Source: Bacteroidia bacterium (GTDB lineage Bacteria; Bacteroidota; Bacteroidia; M30B66). From it: a stretch of DNA of 64,000 bases. The notes beneath the pieces were generated by a model that ran no database searches, had not been told where the DNA came from, and was given only the letters and a program-made list of their open reading frames with translations. The position numbers and the translations under genes are program-made. Location of the stretch: the NCBI GenBank assembly GCA_965279035.1, contig OZ257142.1, forward strand, positions 556,491 to 620,490, read 5' to 3'. Positions within the stretch are counted from its first letter, which is position 1. Each line of letters begins with the position of its first letter. Below, one piece after another: positions 37,821 through 46,854 of the stretch.

Positions 37821-40244
37821 TCACAAATTTTTCTTCCTAGCTATTAGCGTAGAACTTAGTGTAGCAATTGAGACAATACTTATGGATGTTACAGGCATAA
37901 GTATGGCGGCAATTACGGGTTGTAGCTCACCTCGAACTGCGAACCATAATCCTACACAGTTATATAATAGCGAGATGGCAAAGCTTACAGCGATTACTCG
38001 TTTACCACTTTTACAATAATCCAATAGCGTGTTTAGTCGAGATAAAATCTTCCCATCCAAAATCGCATCGCAGGCTGGAGAAAAGTTGTTCAGATTATCC
38101 GATACCGCAATTCCCGCATCACTTTGTTGTAAAGCACCGGCATCATTCAATCCATCACCCAACATCAAAACTGTTTTGCCTTCATCTTGAAGTTTGCGGA
38201 TGAAGTTGAGTTTGTCTTCAGGTGATTGTTTGAAGTGCATTTGATTCGGCTCAAACCATGAGCTCAATTGCTGACGATCCGAATCGGTATCTCCACTCAA
38301 CAAATACATGTCGTACTTGCGGCCTAAGCGACTTAATAATGTAGGAAGTTGATCGCGTAGCTGATGTTGAAGGGTATAAAAACCACACGATTCACCATTG
38401 ATTCTTAAGTAAATCCGAGTCGTGTTAAGCTTTTCTTCCAATAACTCTTGATTGGTAAATGATGCTGATCCAACTTGAACCATCATCCCGTTTACCATTC
38501 CTTGGATTCCTTTACCCGAAAATTCACTGAAGTCGCTTACTACCAAACGTTCGTTACCCTGATACGATGCTGCTATGCTGCTACTTAAAGGATGTGTTGA
38601 TTGCAGCACCAATGAATACACAGCAGTGATTTCATCTTTCGTTAGCTGTCTTCCTTGGAAAGTCACTTCCGCATCTCGACTTAAAGTAATGGTGCCAGTT
38701 TTATCAAAGACAATCGTATCGGCTTTCGCCATTTTTTCAATCACAAAAGCATTCTTGAGGAAGAATCCATTTCGTCCTAAAATGCGGAGTACGTTTCCAT
38801 TCGCAAAGGTGGATGCGAGGAGCAAAATACACGGACAAGCCACAATCAAAATGGTGGTTACCGCATTCATCATTCGATGAGTTTCTCCCGCCCAAAGCCA
38901 ATAGGATGCTGAAGCAAGCGCCACAATAAAAATCCCCAGCGTAAAATACTGGTTGATTTTATTTTCCATGGATGCTTTCTCTTCTTCGGCTTGGTCTTTT
39001 CGGAAAGCAGGACTATTCCATAATTGGGTGAGGTAGCTTTGTTTAACGGGTTTAACAATTTCAAGCTCGATGCTCGTGCCCGATTGTCGCCCGCCGGCAT
39101 AAACTAAATCTCCTTTTTTACGAATGATAGGATCTGATTCACCGGTAACAAAACTGTAATCCACTTTTGCCTCACCACGCAAAAGAATCGCATCAGCAGG
39201 AACTATTTCCTGATTACGAATCAACATGCGCATCCCCTTTTTAATTCGAGTTACTGGAATTTGTTCTTCTCCCGAATCGGAGATAACAGTTACTGCTACT
39301 GGGAAATACGATTTATAATCACGGTCAAATGCTAATGTTTCGAAGGTTCTATTTTGGAATGCCCGTCCAATTAGCATAAAAAACACGATGCCTGTCATGG
39401 AATCGAAATATCCTGGCCCAGTTCCGCTCAAGAGTTCGTAAACACTTCTGAGAAAGGTCATTAATACTGCAGCTGCAATAGGTAAATCGATGTTAAGGTG
39501 TTTGCTGCGTATGGCTCCAATTCCCGAGATAAAAAAGTCACGACTGCTATAAAAAAGCACAGGAAGTGAAAGGGCAAAATTGAGCCAGCTAAAGGTGAGT
39601 TTCAAATCAGCATTTCCAGCTACTTCACCAATGGAGAAGTATTCAGGAAAACTCATCATCATAATATTACCAAAACAAAAACCGGCGATCCCGATTTTAT
39701 ACCATTGGCTCCGATCGACTTTTATGGCTTGTTTGTCTTCGATATCGTTTAAGCTGATATGCGGTTCATAACCAATCATGGTCATTCGTTCGGCAATTTT
39801 GCTCAAACTGGTTTCTGCTTGTTGGAAGATAACGGTTACCTCACGCTTAGGGAAGTTGACCGAAGAACTTATCACACCTTTTTCTAATCTTTGCAAGTTT
39901 TCAAGCAACCAAATACAGGAACTACAATGAATTCCTGGGACGAAAAAGGTAATGTGAGATTGTTTGTCGTTTGTAAAATGAAGGAGTTTGTTGCTCACTT
40001 CCGCTTGATCGAGGTAAGAGAATTTACCTGTGTAATTGGCTTTGTCAGGTGAATTTCCGGAGGATGGATTGAGTGTATAATAGCTACAAAGATTGTTTTC
40101 GTTTAGAATTTCGAATACCAATCGGCAGCCATCGCAACAAAATGCTTTGTCTTCAATCCATGTTGTAGTTTCCTTACAATTTTCTCCACAATGATAACAA
40201 TGGAGATCGGTTCTGATTTTGGGCTCACTCGTTTTGGGTAACAT
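37821..40244 (-). CDS. ccoI: Copper-translocating P-type ATPase (CcoI/FixI)
   Basis: 807 aa with N-terminal CxxC metal-binding regions, CPC (VACPCIL), DKTGT and GDGLNDAGAL. Confidence 0.9.
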   Translation of the reverse strand: MLPKTSEPKIRTDLHCYHCGENCKETTTWIEDKAFCCDGCRLVFEILNENNLCSYYTLNPSSGNSPDKANYTGKFSYLDQAEVSNKLLHFTNDKQSHITFFVPGIHCSSCIWLLENLQRLEKGVISSSVNFPKREVTVIFQQAETSLSKIAERMTMIGYEPHISLNDIEDKQAIKVDRSQWYKIGIAGFCFGNIMMMSFPEYFSIGEVAGNADLKLTFSWLNFALSLPVLFYSSRDFFISGIGAIRSKHLNIDLPIAAAVLMTFLRSVYELLSGTGPGYFDSMTGIVFFMLIGRAFQNRTFETLAFDRDYKSYFPVAVTVISDSGEEQIPVTRIKKGMRMLIRNQEIVPADAILLRGEAKVDYSFVTGESDPIIRKKGDLVYAGGRQSGTSIELEIVKPVKQSYLTQLWNSPAFRKDQAEEEKASMENKINQYFTLGIFIVALASASYWLWAGETHRMMNAVTTILIVACPCILLLASTFANGNVLRILGRNGFFLKNAFVIEKMAKADTIVFDKTGTITLSRDAEVTFQGRQLTKDEITAVYSLVLQSTHPLSSSIAASYQGNERLVVSDFSEFSGKGIQGMVNGMMVQVGSASFTNQELLEEKLNTTRIYLRINGESCGFYTLQHQLRDQLPTLLSRLGRKYDMYLLSGDTDSDRQQLSSWFEPNQMHFKQSPEDKLNFIRKLQDEGKTVLMLGDGLNDAGALQQSDAGIAVSDNLNNFSPACDAILDGKILSRLNTLLDYCKSGKRVIAVSFAISLLYNCVGLWFAVRGELQPVIAAILMPVTSISIVSIATLSSTLIARKKNL

Positions 40245-40258
40245 GTGGCAATTGGGAT

Positions 40259-40849
40259 TTAATCATCATTACTTCTCGATATCTTCCCTACTAAGGCAAG
40301 ACTGCTCAACTTCATTACTTCGGCTTCTAGCTCGATGATTTTAGGAAATAGATTTATTTTTTCTCGCTCAAGATTCTGAAGAAAGTCATTGTTGAATTCT
40401 TTGAGTTCTGCAAAACACAACTTCAACAATTCATCAGAATTCAATGGAGGATGGAAATTATTTGTAAGTCGTTTTATAGAATGTAAGAGCGCTTCGATGT
40501 GCGTATGTTCCTCTTGTATTCGACGAATGCTGCTTTCCATTAAGCGAACATTCAAAAAGCGGATAGGCTCTGGGTTTTCCTTTATTTCGATGAGTTTGCG
40601 AACAAAAGGGAATAGACTGTTTTCTTCTTGAACAATGAGTAGATTAACCTTGACTTCGATTTGTTCTAGTAAGGAAACTAAATCTTGTAAATGGATAGCA
40701 TAATTCAAATTGCCTTTTGAAGCGGATTTGAAATTTCGAGCCATCAATTTCAACATCGATTTCGACATAGCATGATGACGACTTTCTATAAAGTCGAGCA
40801 AATCAGCTTCGCCAATGGATGAAAAATTTATGTGGTTGAAACTTCGCAT
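40259..40849 (-). CDS. Hypothetical protein, possibly hemerythrin-like, associated with the cco cluster
   Basis: 196 aa with several His/Glu-rich helices (SRHHAMSK, EEHTHIEALLHS). The assignment is tentative. Confidence 0.5.
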   Translation of the reverse strand: MRSFNHINFSSIGEADLLDFIESRHHAMSKSMLKLMARNFKSASKGNLNYAIHLQDLVSLLEQIEVKVNLLIVQEENSLFPFVRKLIEIKENPEPIRFLNVRLMESSIRRIQEEHTHIEALLHSIKRLTNNFHPPLNSDELLKLCFAELKEFNNDFLQNLEREKINLFPKIIELEAEVMKLSSLALVGKISRSNDD

Positions 40850-40949
40850 GAATCATACTTCTCGATATTACAAATGTTTCTATTCTTATATCGATTTGAA
40901 ATGACCAGCCTCAGGTTGAAAGATGATAAAAATCAGTTTTTGGAAAATG

Positions 40950-40990
40950 AAAAAGCCGCTTTCCAATGAAGGAAAGCGGCTTTAAAAAAA
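40950..40990 (-). terminator. Strong rho-independent terminator downstream of the FG-GAP T9SS gene (12-bp stem AAGCCGCTTTCC/GGAAAGCGGCTT)
   Basis: Read directly. It separates the T9SS pair from the cco assembly genes. Confidence 0.75.
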
Positions 40991-41003
40991 GAGAAGATTA
41001 ATT

Positions 41004-43871
41004 TTATTGAATCACAACGCGAATTACTTTGCTAGCATCTTTAGAAGAAACTCGTAGCATATAAATACCTGCTTGAAGCTCATTCACAGCAAGTGTTCCA
41101 TTCATATTGATATTTTGTTCTTTCACAATTCTGCCTGTTGCATCCATCAACGAAACACGCCCATTAGTAATTGAAGTGCGGATATTCAAATTCATATCTG
41201 CTGGATTCGGAAATACAGAAAGAGTTGTTGTTGAATTTAGTTCGATTCCAGTAGTATTATCAACCGTTACAGAAACAGCATGTGCATCACTTGAGCAATA
41301 AGTAGGAGCTTGTTCAATGCTGATATTGTAGTAGTAGAAATAATATTGATTTCCATAAGTATTGCTGGTGATTGAAGCTAAATCTCCAATTAAATATGGA
41401 TAAGTAACAAGCGTATTGCTGTTTTCACGTTGAAGGCGAGGACTATTTTGACTTAATGTAGATTGATTAACACTCACATCAGGAAGTAAATAAAATCCAG
41501 TACCTACTGTAAGGTCAAAATTAGCATTGATCACATTTGTTCCACTTACAAGCGTTGCTGTAACTGAATTTAATAGAGTATTGCTGCTATTGTATAAATC
41601 GAATTTACGTGGACCAGGAGTATCAGTGTAAACAGTAAACGAACGAAGTGTTGAAACTTTGAATACATCAAAATACACTTTTGAATTCGTTGTAGTTGCT
41701 CCAAATTGATTGGATGTTAATGGTGTTACAATTCCACCATTGTCAATTCCACCACCATATCCATTCACATTGACAACATAATAAGTAGCTGTTGTAGTTA
41801 CTTCAGGTGTTGTAAAGCTATTTCCAGTTCCCAAAAGAGTACCTCCAATAGCATCGTACCATTGAATGCTATCTCCTGTTGCTGTTAAAGTGGCACTACC
41901 TGGAGTTGGTAAAGTTACATTGTCTGCAACCGCTTGATTAGGAGTTAATTCAGTAACATTAATTGCTGAAGATGTAAATGTTGAACAAGCTCCTTGTATT
42001 GTTAAAGTGTAGGTACCTGATTGATCAACAGTTGTTGTATTAGTACCTGTTGTTCCATTGCTCCAAGAATATCCGTTTAAGCCTGTTGGTGCTTGAAGTA
42101 CGACAGAACCACCATTACAAAATGTAGTTTCGCCAACTGCAGAAATAGCGGGTGTTTCATCTGGCGATAATGTTACTGTAATTGTTTTTGAAACTGAATT
42201 ACAAGCATTATTTGAAGTTTGTAATACTCGCACATTGTATTCTCCAGCTGCTGTAATATTAGCTGTTTGGCTTGTAGATCCATCAGACCACAAATAATCA
42301 AATCCTTGTGGAGCTGTTAAAGCAAGTGTTTGTCCTTGACATAGAACATAATCTCCAGCAGTTGTGATAATTGCCTCAGGAGCAACACACACATTTTCTC
42401 TAACCGATAAAAATTGATCTACCTGTGGGTTAAGAATTACTTGAGAAGCGCCAGACGGCCAGCTAATTACTACAGAATCAATAGCTGTGTTTGTTCCAAG
42501 TCCAAAGTGTAAGATGGAAGTATTTACAGCACCATAGCCTTCGCCAGTGCGAACTTCTCGCATTTGAACTCCCCAAGCACCGTAAATTTTAGCACGTGCA
42601 CCAACTGCACCTAAATTACTAACAGTTCCTTCCAAATCGAGGTTGAAAAAGTGCTTACCTGATGTAGATCCATTCATCCAAATCACATCATTCACCGAAG
42701 ATGGAGTTGTATAAATGCTCGCATAACTACCATAAATATCAACAGCACCGTCGTGATTCAAATCACCAATTCCAAATGACTCCATGCTGTTGTTGTCGAA
42801 TGTTCCGTTGATACGAGTAAATGTACTGTTCCCATTATTATGATAAAAACGAGATGAACTTCCTGCAACCAAGATATCCACAAATCCATCATTGTCGAAA
42901 TCTTCCATTACCGACTGAATTGGAGTGATATCAGAAAGAACTACTCCTGCAGTTGCAGAAATATCTGTGTAATGACCAGTTCCGTCGTTTTGAAATATTT
43001 GACTTTCATGGTCATGATTAGTCAACAAAAGATCTAAGTCAGAGTCATTATCAATATCACCGAAGCTTGCAGTCCAAGTTTGCCAAAAGCAATTCAAATT
43101 GTAAGAAGCAGCATCTTCAGTGAATGTACCATCGCCATTGTTTACAAACATTACGTTTACACGACGAGGATCTGAACCATCAGTAACAGATGAACTTTGA
43201 CGACATTTTGCAATGTATAAATCTAAGTCGCCATCGTTATCGAAATCGGTCCAAACACTACCATAATTACCTGAATCCATTGGATCGCCACCAATATTTC
43301 CTGGGTGAAGTGTAAAGTTGATAGTAGTGGTTGAAGGAACTAATCCTCCAGATCCATTATTTAAGTAAATGTGTGCAGGATTGTTGTCGTCGCACACAAA
43401 AAGATCTTCCCAGCCATCATTATTAAAGTCAGCTGATGTTACGTTTTGAACGAAATAACTACCGGCTAAATTGCTAACAGTACCAGTCATTCCATCGTTA
43501 CTAATCATCATAATTTTTGGCTGAGAACTGCTTCCTGCCATGATGTCTTTGTAGCCATTGTGATCAAAGTCAGCAACGCACATAGCCCAAGCCCATCCTG
43601 AACTTGAACTAAAATCACCTAAATAACGAGTTTCAAAAGTTTGATTTGTACGTTGAATTTCAACATAAGCCGAACGACCATATTTTAGACGAACAATGTC
43701 ATCCAATCCGTCGTTGTTCCAATCGATAACTGCAACAGGGCAGCCGCTCGTAAATGCTGGAGTGTTTAATTTAGCATTGGCATTTGTGAATTGAAATTGA
43801 GCTTGAACAGAAGCAGCAGTTCCAACGACGAACAAACACAAAGCGGCAATGCGATGTAAAGATGTTTTCAT
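41004..43871 (-). CDS. FG-GAP/VCBS repeat (CRTAC1-like) secreted protein with T9SS type A C-terminal sorting domain
   Basis: Signal peptide, repeated DxNNDGxxD FG-GAP motifs, and C-terminal FPNPADMNLNI...GIYMLRVSSKDASKVIRVVIQ. Confidence 0.85.
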   Translation of the reverse strand: MKTSLHRIAALCLFVVGTAASVQAQFQFTNANAKLNTPAFTSGCPVAVIDWNNDGLDDIVRLKYGRSAYVEIQRTNQTFETRYLGDFSSSSGWAWAMCVADFDHNGYKDIMAGSSSQPKIMMISNDGMTGTVSNLAGSYFVQNVTSADFNNDGWEDLFVCDDNNPAHIYLNNGSGGLVPSTTTINFTLHPGNIGGDPMDSGNYGSVWTDFDNDGDLDLYIAKCRQSSSVTDGSDPRRVNVMFVNNGDGTFTEDAASYNLNCFWQTWTASFGDIDNDSDLDLLLTNHDHESQIFQNDGTGHYTDISATAGVVLSDITPIQSVMEDFDNDGFVDILVAGSSSRFYHNNGNSTFTRINGTFDNNSMESFGIGDLNHDGAVDIYGSYASIYTTPSSVNDVIWMNGSTSGKHFFNLDLEGTVSNLGAVGARAKIYGAWGVQMREVRTGEGYGAVNTSILHFGLGTNTAIDSVVISWPSGASQVILNPQVDQFLSVRENVCVAPEAIITTAGDYVLCQGQTLALTAPQGFDYLWSDGSTSQTANITAAGEYNVRVLQTSNNACNSVSKTITVTLSPDETPAISAVGETTFCNGGSVVLQAPTGLNGYSWSNGTTGTNTTTVDQSGTYTLTIQGACSTFTSSAINVTELTPNQAVADNVTLPTPGSATLTATGDSIQWYDAIGGTLLGTGNSFTTPEVTTTATYYVVNVNGYGGGIDNGGIVTPLTSNQFGATTTNSKVYFDVFKVSTLRSFTVYTDTPGPRKFDLYNSSNTLLNSVTATLVSGTNVINANFDLTVGTGFYLLPDVSVNQSTLSQNSPRLQRENSNTLVTYPYLIGDLASITSNTYGNQYYFYYYNISIEQAPTYCSSDAHAVSVTVDNTTGIELNSTTTLSVFPNPADMNLNIRTSITNGRVSLMDATGRIVKEQNINMNGTLAVNELQAGIYMLRVSSKDASKVIRVVIQ

Positions 43872-43933
43872 AAAGAGGTTAAGGTTGAGATGGTATTAGA
43901 ACTACAAATATGTAGAAATTTCTGTTATTCAGC

Positions 43934-45880
43934 TTAGTCGGATGTTAAAAGAATTCGTTGAGTGTAATTTTTTCCAATTGCTTGAACTTGGATTACATAT
44001 ACTCCGGCTGCTTTTGCGCCTTTAATATGCCAACTATTGTCAGCATTTTTTTTCCATTGAATTGGAACTTCTTGTCCCGAAATAGTAAACATTCGAATTG
44101 CTTGCGGTTTCAAAGAAAAACGCATGTTAATTCCACTCGAAATGCTGGCAGGATTTGGATAAAATACAGGAGCCTTTACATTCAACGCATCTGCATATAA
44201 AGGACTAATCAATTCGGTTAAACTATCGCCCGCAACAAGAACTGGTTTGTTGTCGGATGCATCAAACATGGTTAAAAATGAATTTATTTCAGAAGCATCC
44301 AAGGTGCGCATCTCCGAAAGCCAAGCAGGAGGAACTGTTTGATAATAAACTTTGGCAGTTGTTTTAAATGCACCACTATATCCTTGAAGTGAAACGCGAT
44401 AATGAATGATATCTTTTCCTGTTCCTTGTGTTGTGCCTGCTAAATTGAAATCGGGGTCTGAAGCTGCTTCTCCAACAATTTGAACAGTATCGTAAGATGC
44501 ATGTTGAGTCGAGAATCCAAGTGGTGGAATACGATTATCTTTCAAATGAACATCGGCTCTCTCGAGAATTGTTGTGAAATCACCATTCACATCTCCCATA
44601 TTCATTTCGTAAATCTGAACCTGATTTTCAGCATGAATCACATCATGATGAGGCTCCACAAATCCACCATAATTCACGATTTCGCCACTTTGATCAAATG
44701 TTCCTGAACGGAATAAGGTATCGCCAGCTTCTGTCGTTACTACAAATTCTACAAATGCTCTTCGAGATGGATAGCCACTTGGGAATTTATGTCCTGATTT
44801 ATTGGTTAACATTAATTCAAATCCAACACTGTCATCAAAAAATACAGGATCTGATAATTCAGCCTTCAACGTATTGTATCGTAAATTACGTGTGATAGTT
44901 GAAATGGTCGAATCGAAATTTGCTTCATTGGCGATAATACCCAGAGCATCTTTATTTCTACGAATTAAATCAACCATGAAACTATTCGCGCCAGCAAAAC
45001 TGTGTTGATTAAAAGGACTTCTTCCCAACAATGCCGTATAGCCAACAGCAATTTTAACGGGATCTTCCACTTGAGGCATGTGGCAGGTTTGACAGGTTTT
45101 TCCTTGTCCGGGATAACTCGAATTGAGCCATTCCTGAAAAGTAGCTTGTTCAACAAAAGTGCTTCCAGTGGGAACGCCTTGTAAATCGACAGTATGCGAT
45201 ATTAAAGTGTGACAAGGAGAGCAAAATCTTCCTTGACTAACATGTTCGCTGTATGTTGGGGTGAAATTTACGTACAACTGCATTGGTCCAAAAAAAGGAT
45301 TGATAAATGGGCCATACGCAACACGGTTTGTATCATACGGAATATCTCCTGTAAATCGACTACCTAAGCCATTCGTTCCTATCGCGTGGCAGCCAAGGCA
45401 TCCAACACCTGATAATCCGAGTGAATCATCTTGAAGATCTTCTAAAGTATAATGATCTGCCCCTTTAAAGAAAGCCGAAAAATGCCCCATTGGAGCGTGA
45501 CAATCGGTACATAAATTTTGAAGTTCAATGGCATGTGCTGGATTGGTCAAAACCTCTTGTCGAACCTTTGCTTTCCATAATGGATCAACACCGGCAAGTC
45601 CCATCATGGATGTTTCCCAATCATCGAAAAGATTAATGTCCACACCATCGAGCGTCACATTGGCTAGTCCTTGAGGATCGCGTCCATGGCATCCTTTACA
45701 GCGAGATGCGGGAAGAAAAATGGCAGTAGTATCAATACTGCGACTATGCATTTTAAGTAAAGCTTGAAAATGTCTGTTCGTGAGACTTTCTGGTTTTTCT
45801 GAACTCTCTCGTCCGGTAAGAGACACCGCTGCAAGCACGAACAAAAAAAGCGTACCAATGATGAGTAAACGTTTTTTCAC
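43934..45880 (-). CDS. Pentaheme c-type cytochrome with T9SS type A C-terminal sorting domain
   Basis: Signal peptide, five CxxCH motifs (CKGCH, CTDCH, CLGCH, CSPCH, CQTCH) in the N-terminal ~270 aa, a ~300 aa domain of unknown function, and C-terminal FYPNPASISSGIN...GVYVIQVQAIGKNYTQRILLTSD. Confidence 0.85.
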   Translation of the reverse strand: MKKRLLIIGTLFLFVLAAVSLTGRESSEKPESLTNRHFQALLKMHSRSIDTTAIFLPASRCKGCHGRDPQGLANVTLDGVDINLFDDWETSMMGLAGVDPLWKAKVRQEVLTNPAHAIELQNLCTDCHAPMGHFSAFFKGADHYTLEDLQDDSLGLSGVGCLGCHAIGTNGLGSRFTGDIPYDTNRVAYGPFINPFFGPMQLYVNFTPTYSEHVSQGRFCSPCHTLISHTVDLQGVPTGSTFVEQATFQEWLNSSYPGQGKTCQTCHMPQVEDPVKIAVGYTALLGRSPFNQHSFAGANSFMVDLIRRNKDALGIIANEANFDSTISTITRNLRYNTLKAELSDPVFFDDSVGFELMLTNKSGHKFPSGYPSRRAFVEFVVTTEAGDTLFRSGTFDQSGEIVNYGGFVEPHHDVIHAENQVQIYEMNMGDVNGDFTTILERADVHLKDNRIPPLGFSTQHASYDTVQIVGEAASDPDFNLAGTTQGTGKDIIHYRVSLQGYSGAFKTTAKVYYQTVPPAWLSEMRTLDASEINSFLTMFDASDNKPVLVAGDSLTELISPLYADALNVKAPVFYPNPASISSGINMRFSLKPQAIRMFTISGQEVPIQWKKNADNSWHIKGAKAAGVYVIQVQAIGKNYTQRILLTSD

Positions 45881-45946
45881 ATTCTTGAAATATAAAATCT
45901 TGGAGATAAGGTTTGAATTGATTTATAGATTGAAAATCAACACTAC

Positions 45947-46657
45947 CTAATCGTAAATGTTTGCTGCCTTTACTAATTGCTGATGATTTAGAATAGAAAT
46001 GCGTTTTCCATTCAAAGCAATTACTTGATCATTCTTCAATTCACTCAATAATCGGATAGCTGTTTCGGTGGCAGTTCCCACAATGTTTGCAATATCTTCA
46101 CGACTAAGAGTAACACTTATTGTAACTCCATCTTGATCTAGACCATAGGTTTGTTGCAAATAAAGCAAAGCTTCTGCAACCCTTTCTCTTACTGGCTTTT
46201 GAGCTATATCTGTAATGCGGTGTTCGGCATGTTTTAAATCTTCAGAAAGAAGTTTCATCAATTGCATTGATAAAACACCGTTGCCTTCAACCAGTTTTAA
46301 AAAGGAAGATTGTGGAATAAAACAGATTTTACAATCATCTAGAGCTTCAGCACTGGAAGAATATTTATCGCCACTTAAAAGAGCTCGATATCCTAAAATA
46401 TCTCCACCACGAGCCAACCTTACAATTTGCTCTTTCCCTTCATCTCCAATACGAAAAATCTTGATTTTCCCATCGTTCACACAATAAAGACCGTGTGGAT
46501 ACGAACCCGCATTAAATATTATTTGACCTTTTTTGAAATTGCTACAGCCCTTCGTTTCATTTAAAGCCTCTAAATCATGACCATGTAAGTCACAAAAAAC
46601 GGAACGCGATCTATTTGAACAATGCTCACAATCAGGTTGGTCGTTCTTTCGAAGCAT
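45947..46657 (-). CDS. fnr: Crp/Fnr family transcriptional regulator with N-terminal Cys cluster (FnrL-like oxygen sensor)
   Basis: 236 aa with N-terminal C-x2-C-x8-C (DCEHCSNRSRSVFC), a cNMP-binding fold and a C-terminal HTH. Confidence 0.8.
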   Translation of the reverse strand: MLRKNDQPDCEHCSNRSRSVFCDLHGHDLEALNETKGCSNFKKGQIIFNAGSYPHGLYCVNDGKIKIFRIGDEGKEQIVRLARGGDILGYRALLSGDKYSSSAEALDDCKICFIPQSSFLKLVEGNGVLSMQLMKLLSEDLKHAEHRITDIAQKPVRERVAEALLYLQQTYGLDQDGVTISVTLSREDIANIVGTATETAIRLLSELKNDQVIALNGKRISILNHQQLVKAANIYD

Positions 46658-46854
46658 AGGGATTTATTAATGGTGTAAATATAACATTCGAAATGTACAG
46701 TTCAACGTAAATAATTCAGATCAATTTAAATTGGGTTAAAATTCTATTTGTTTTTTAAAAACTCATGAAAAAAATCGAAAAGGGGACATGAATTCGGTTC
46801 ATTGGAAACTTACCTTCGCATCGAAATTAAATGCTGCGTTTTTACTAAAAATTT

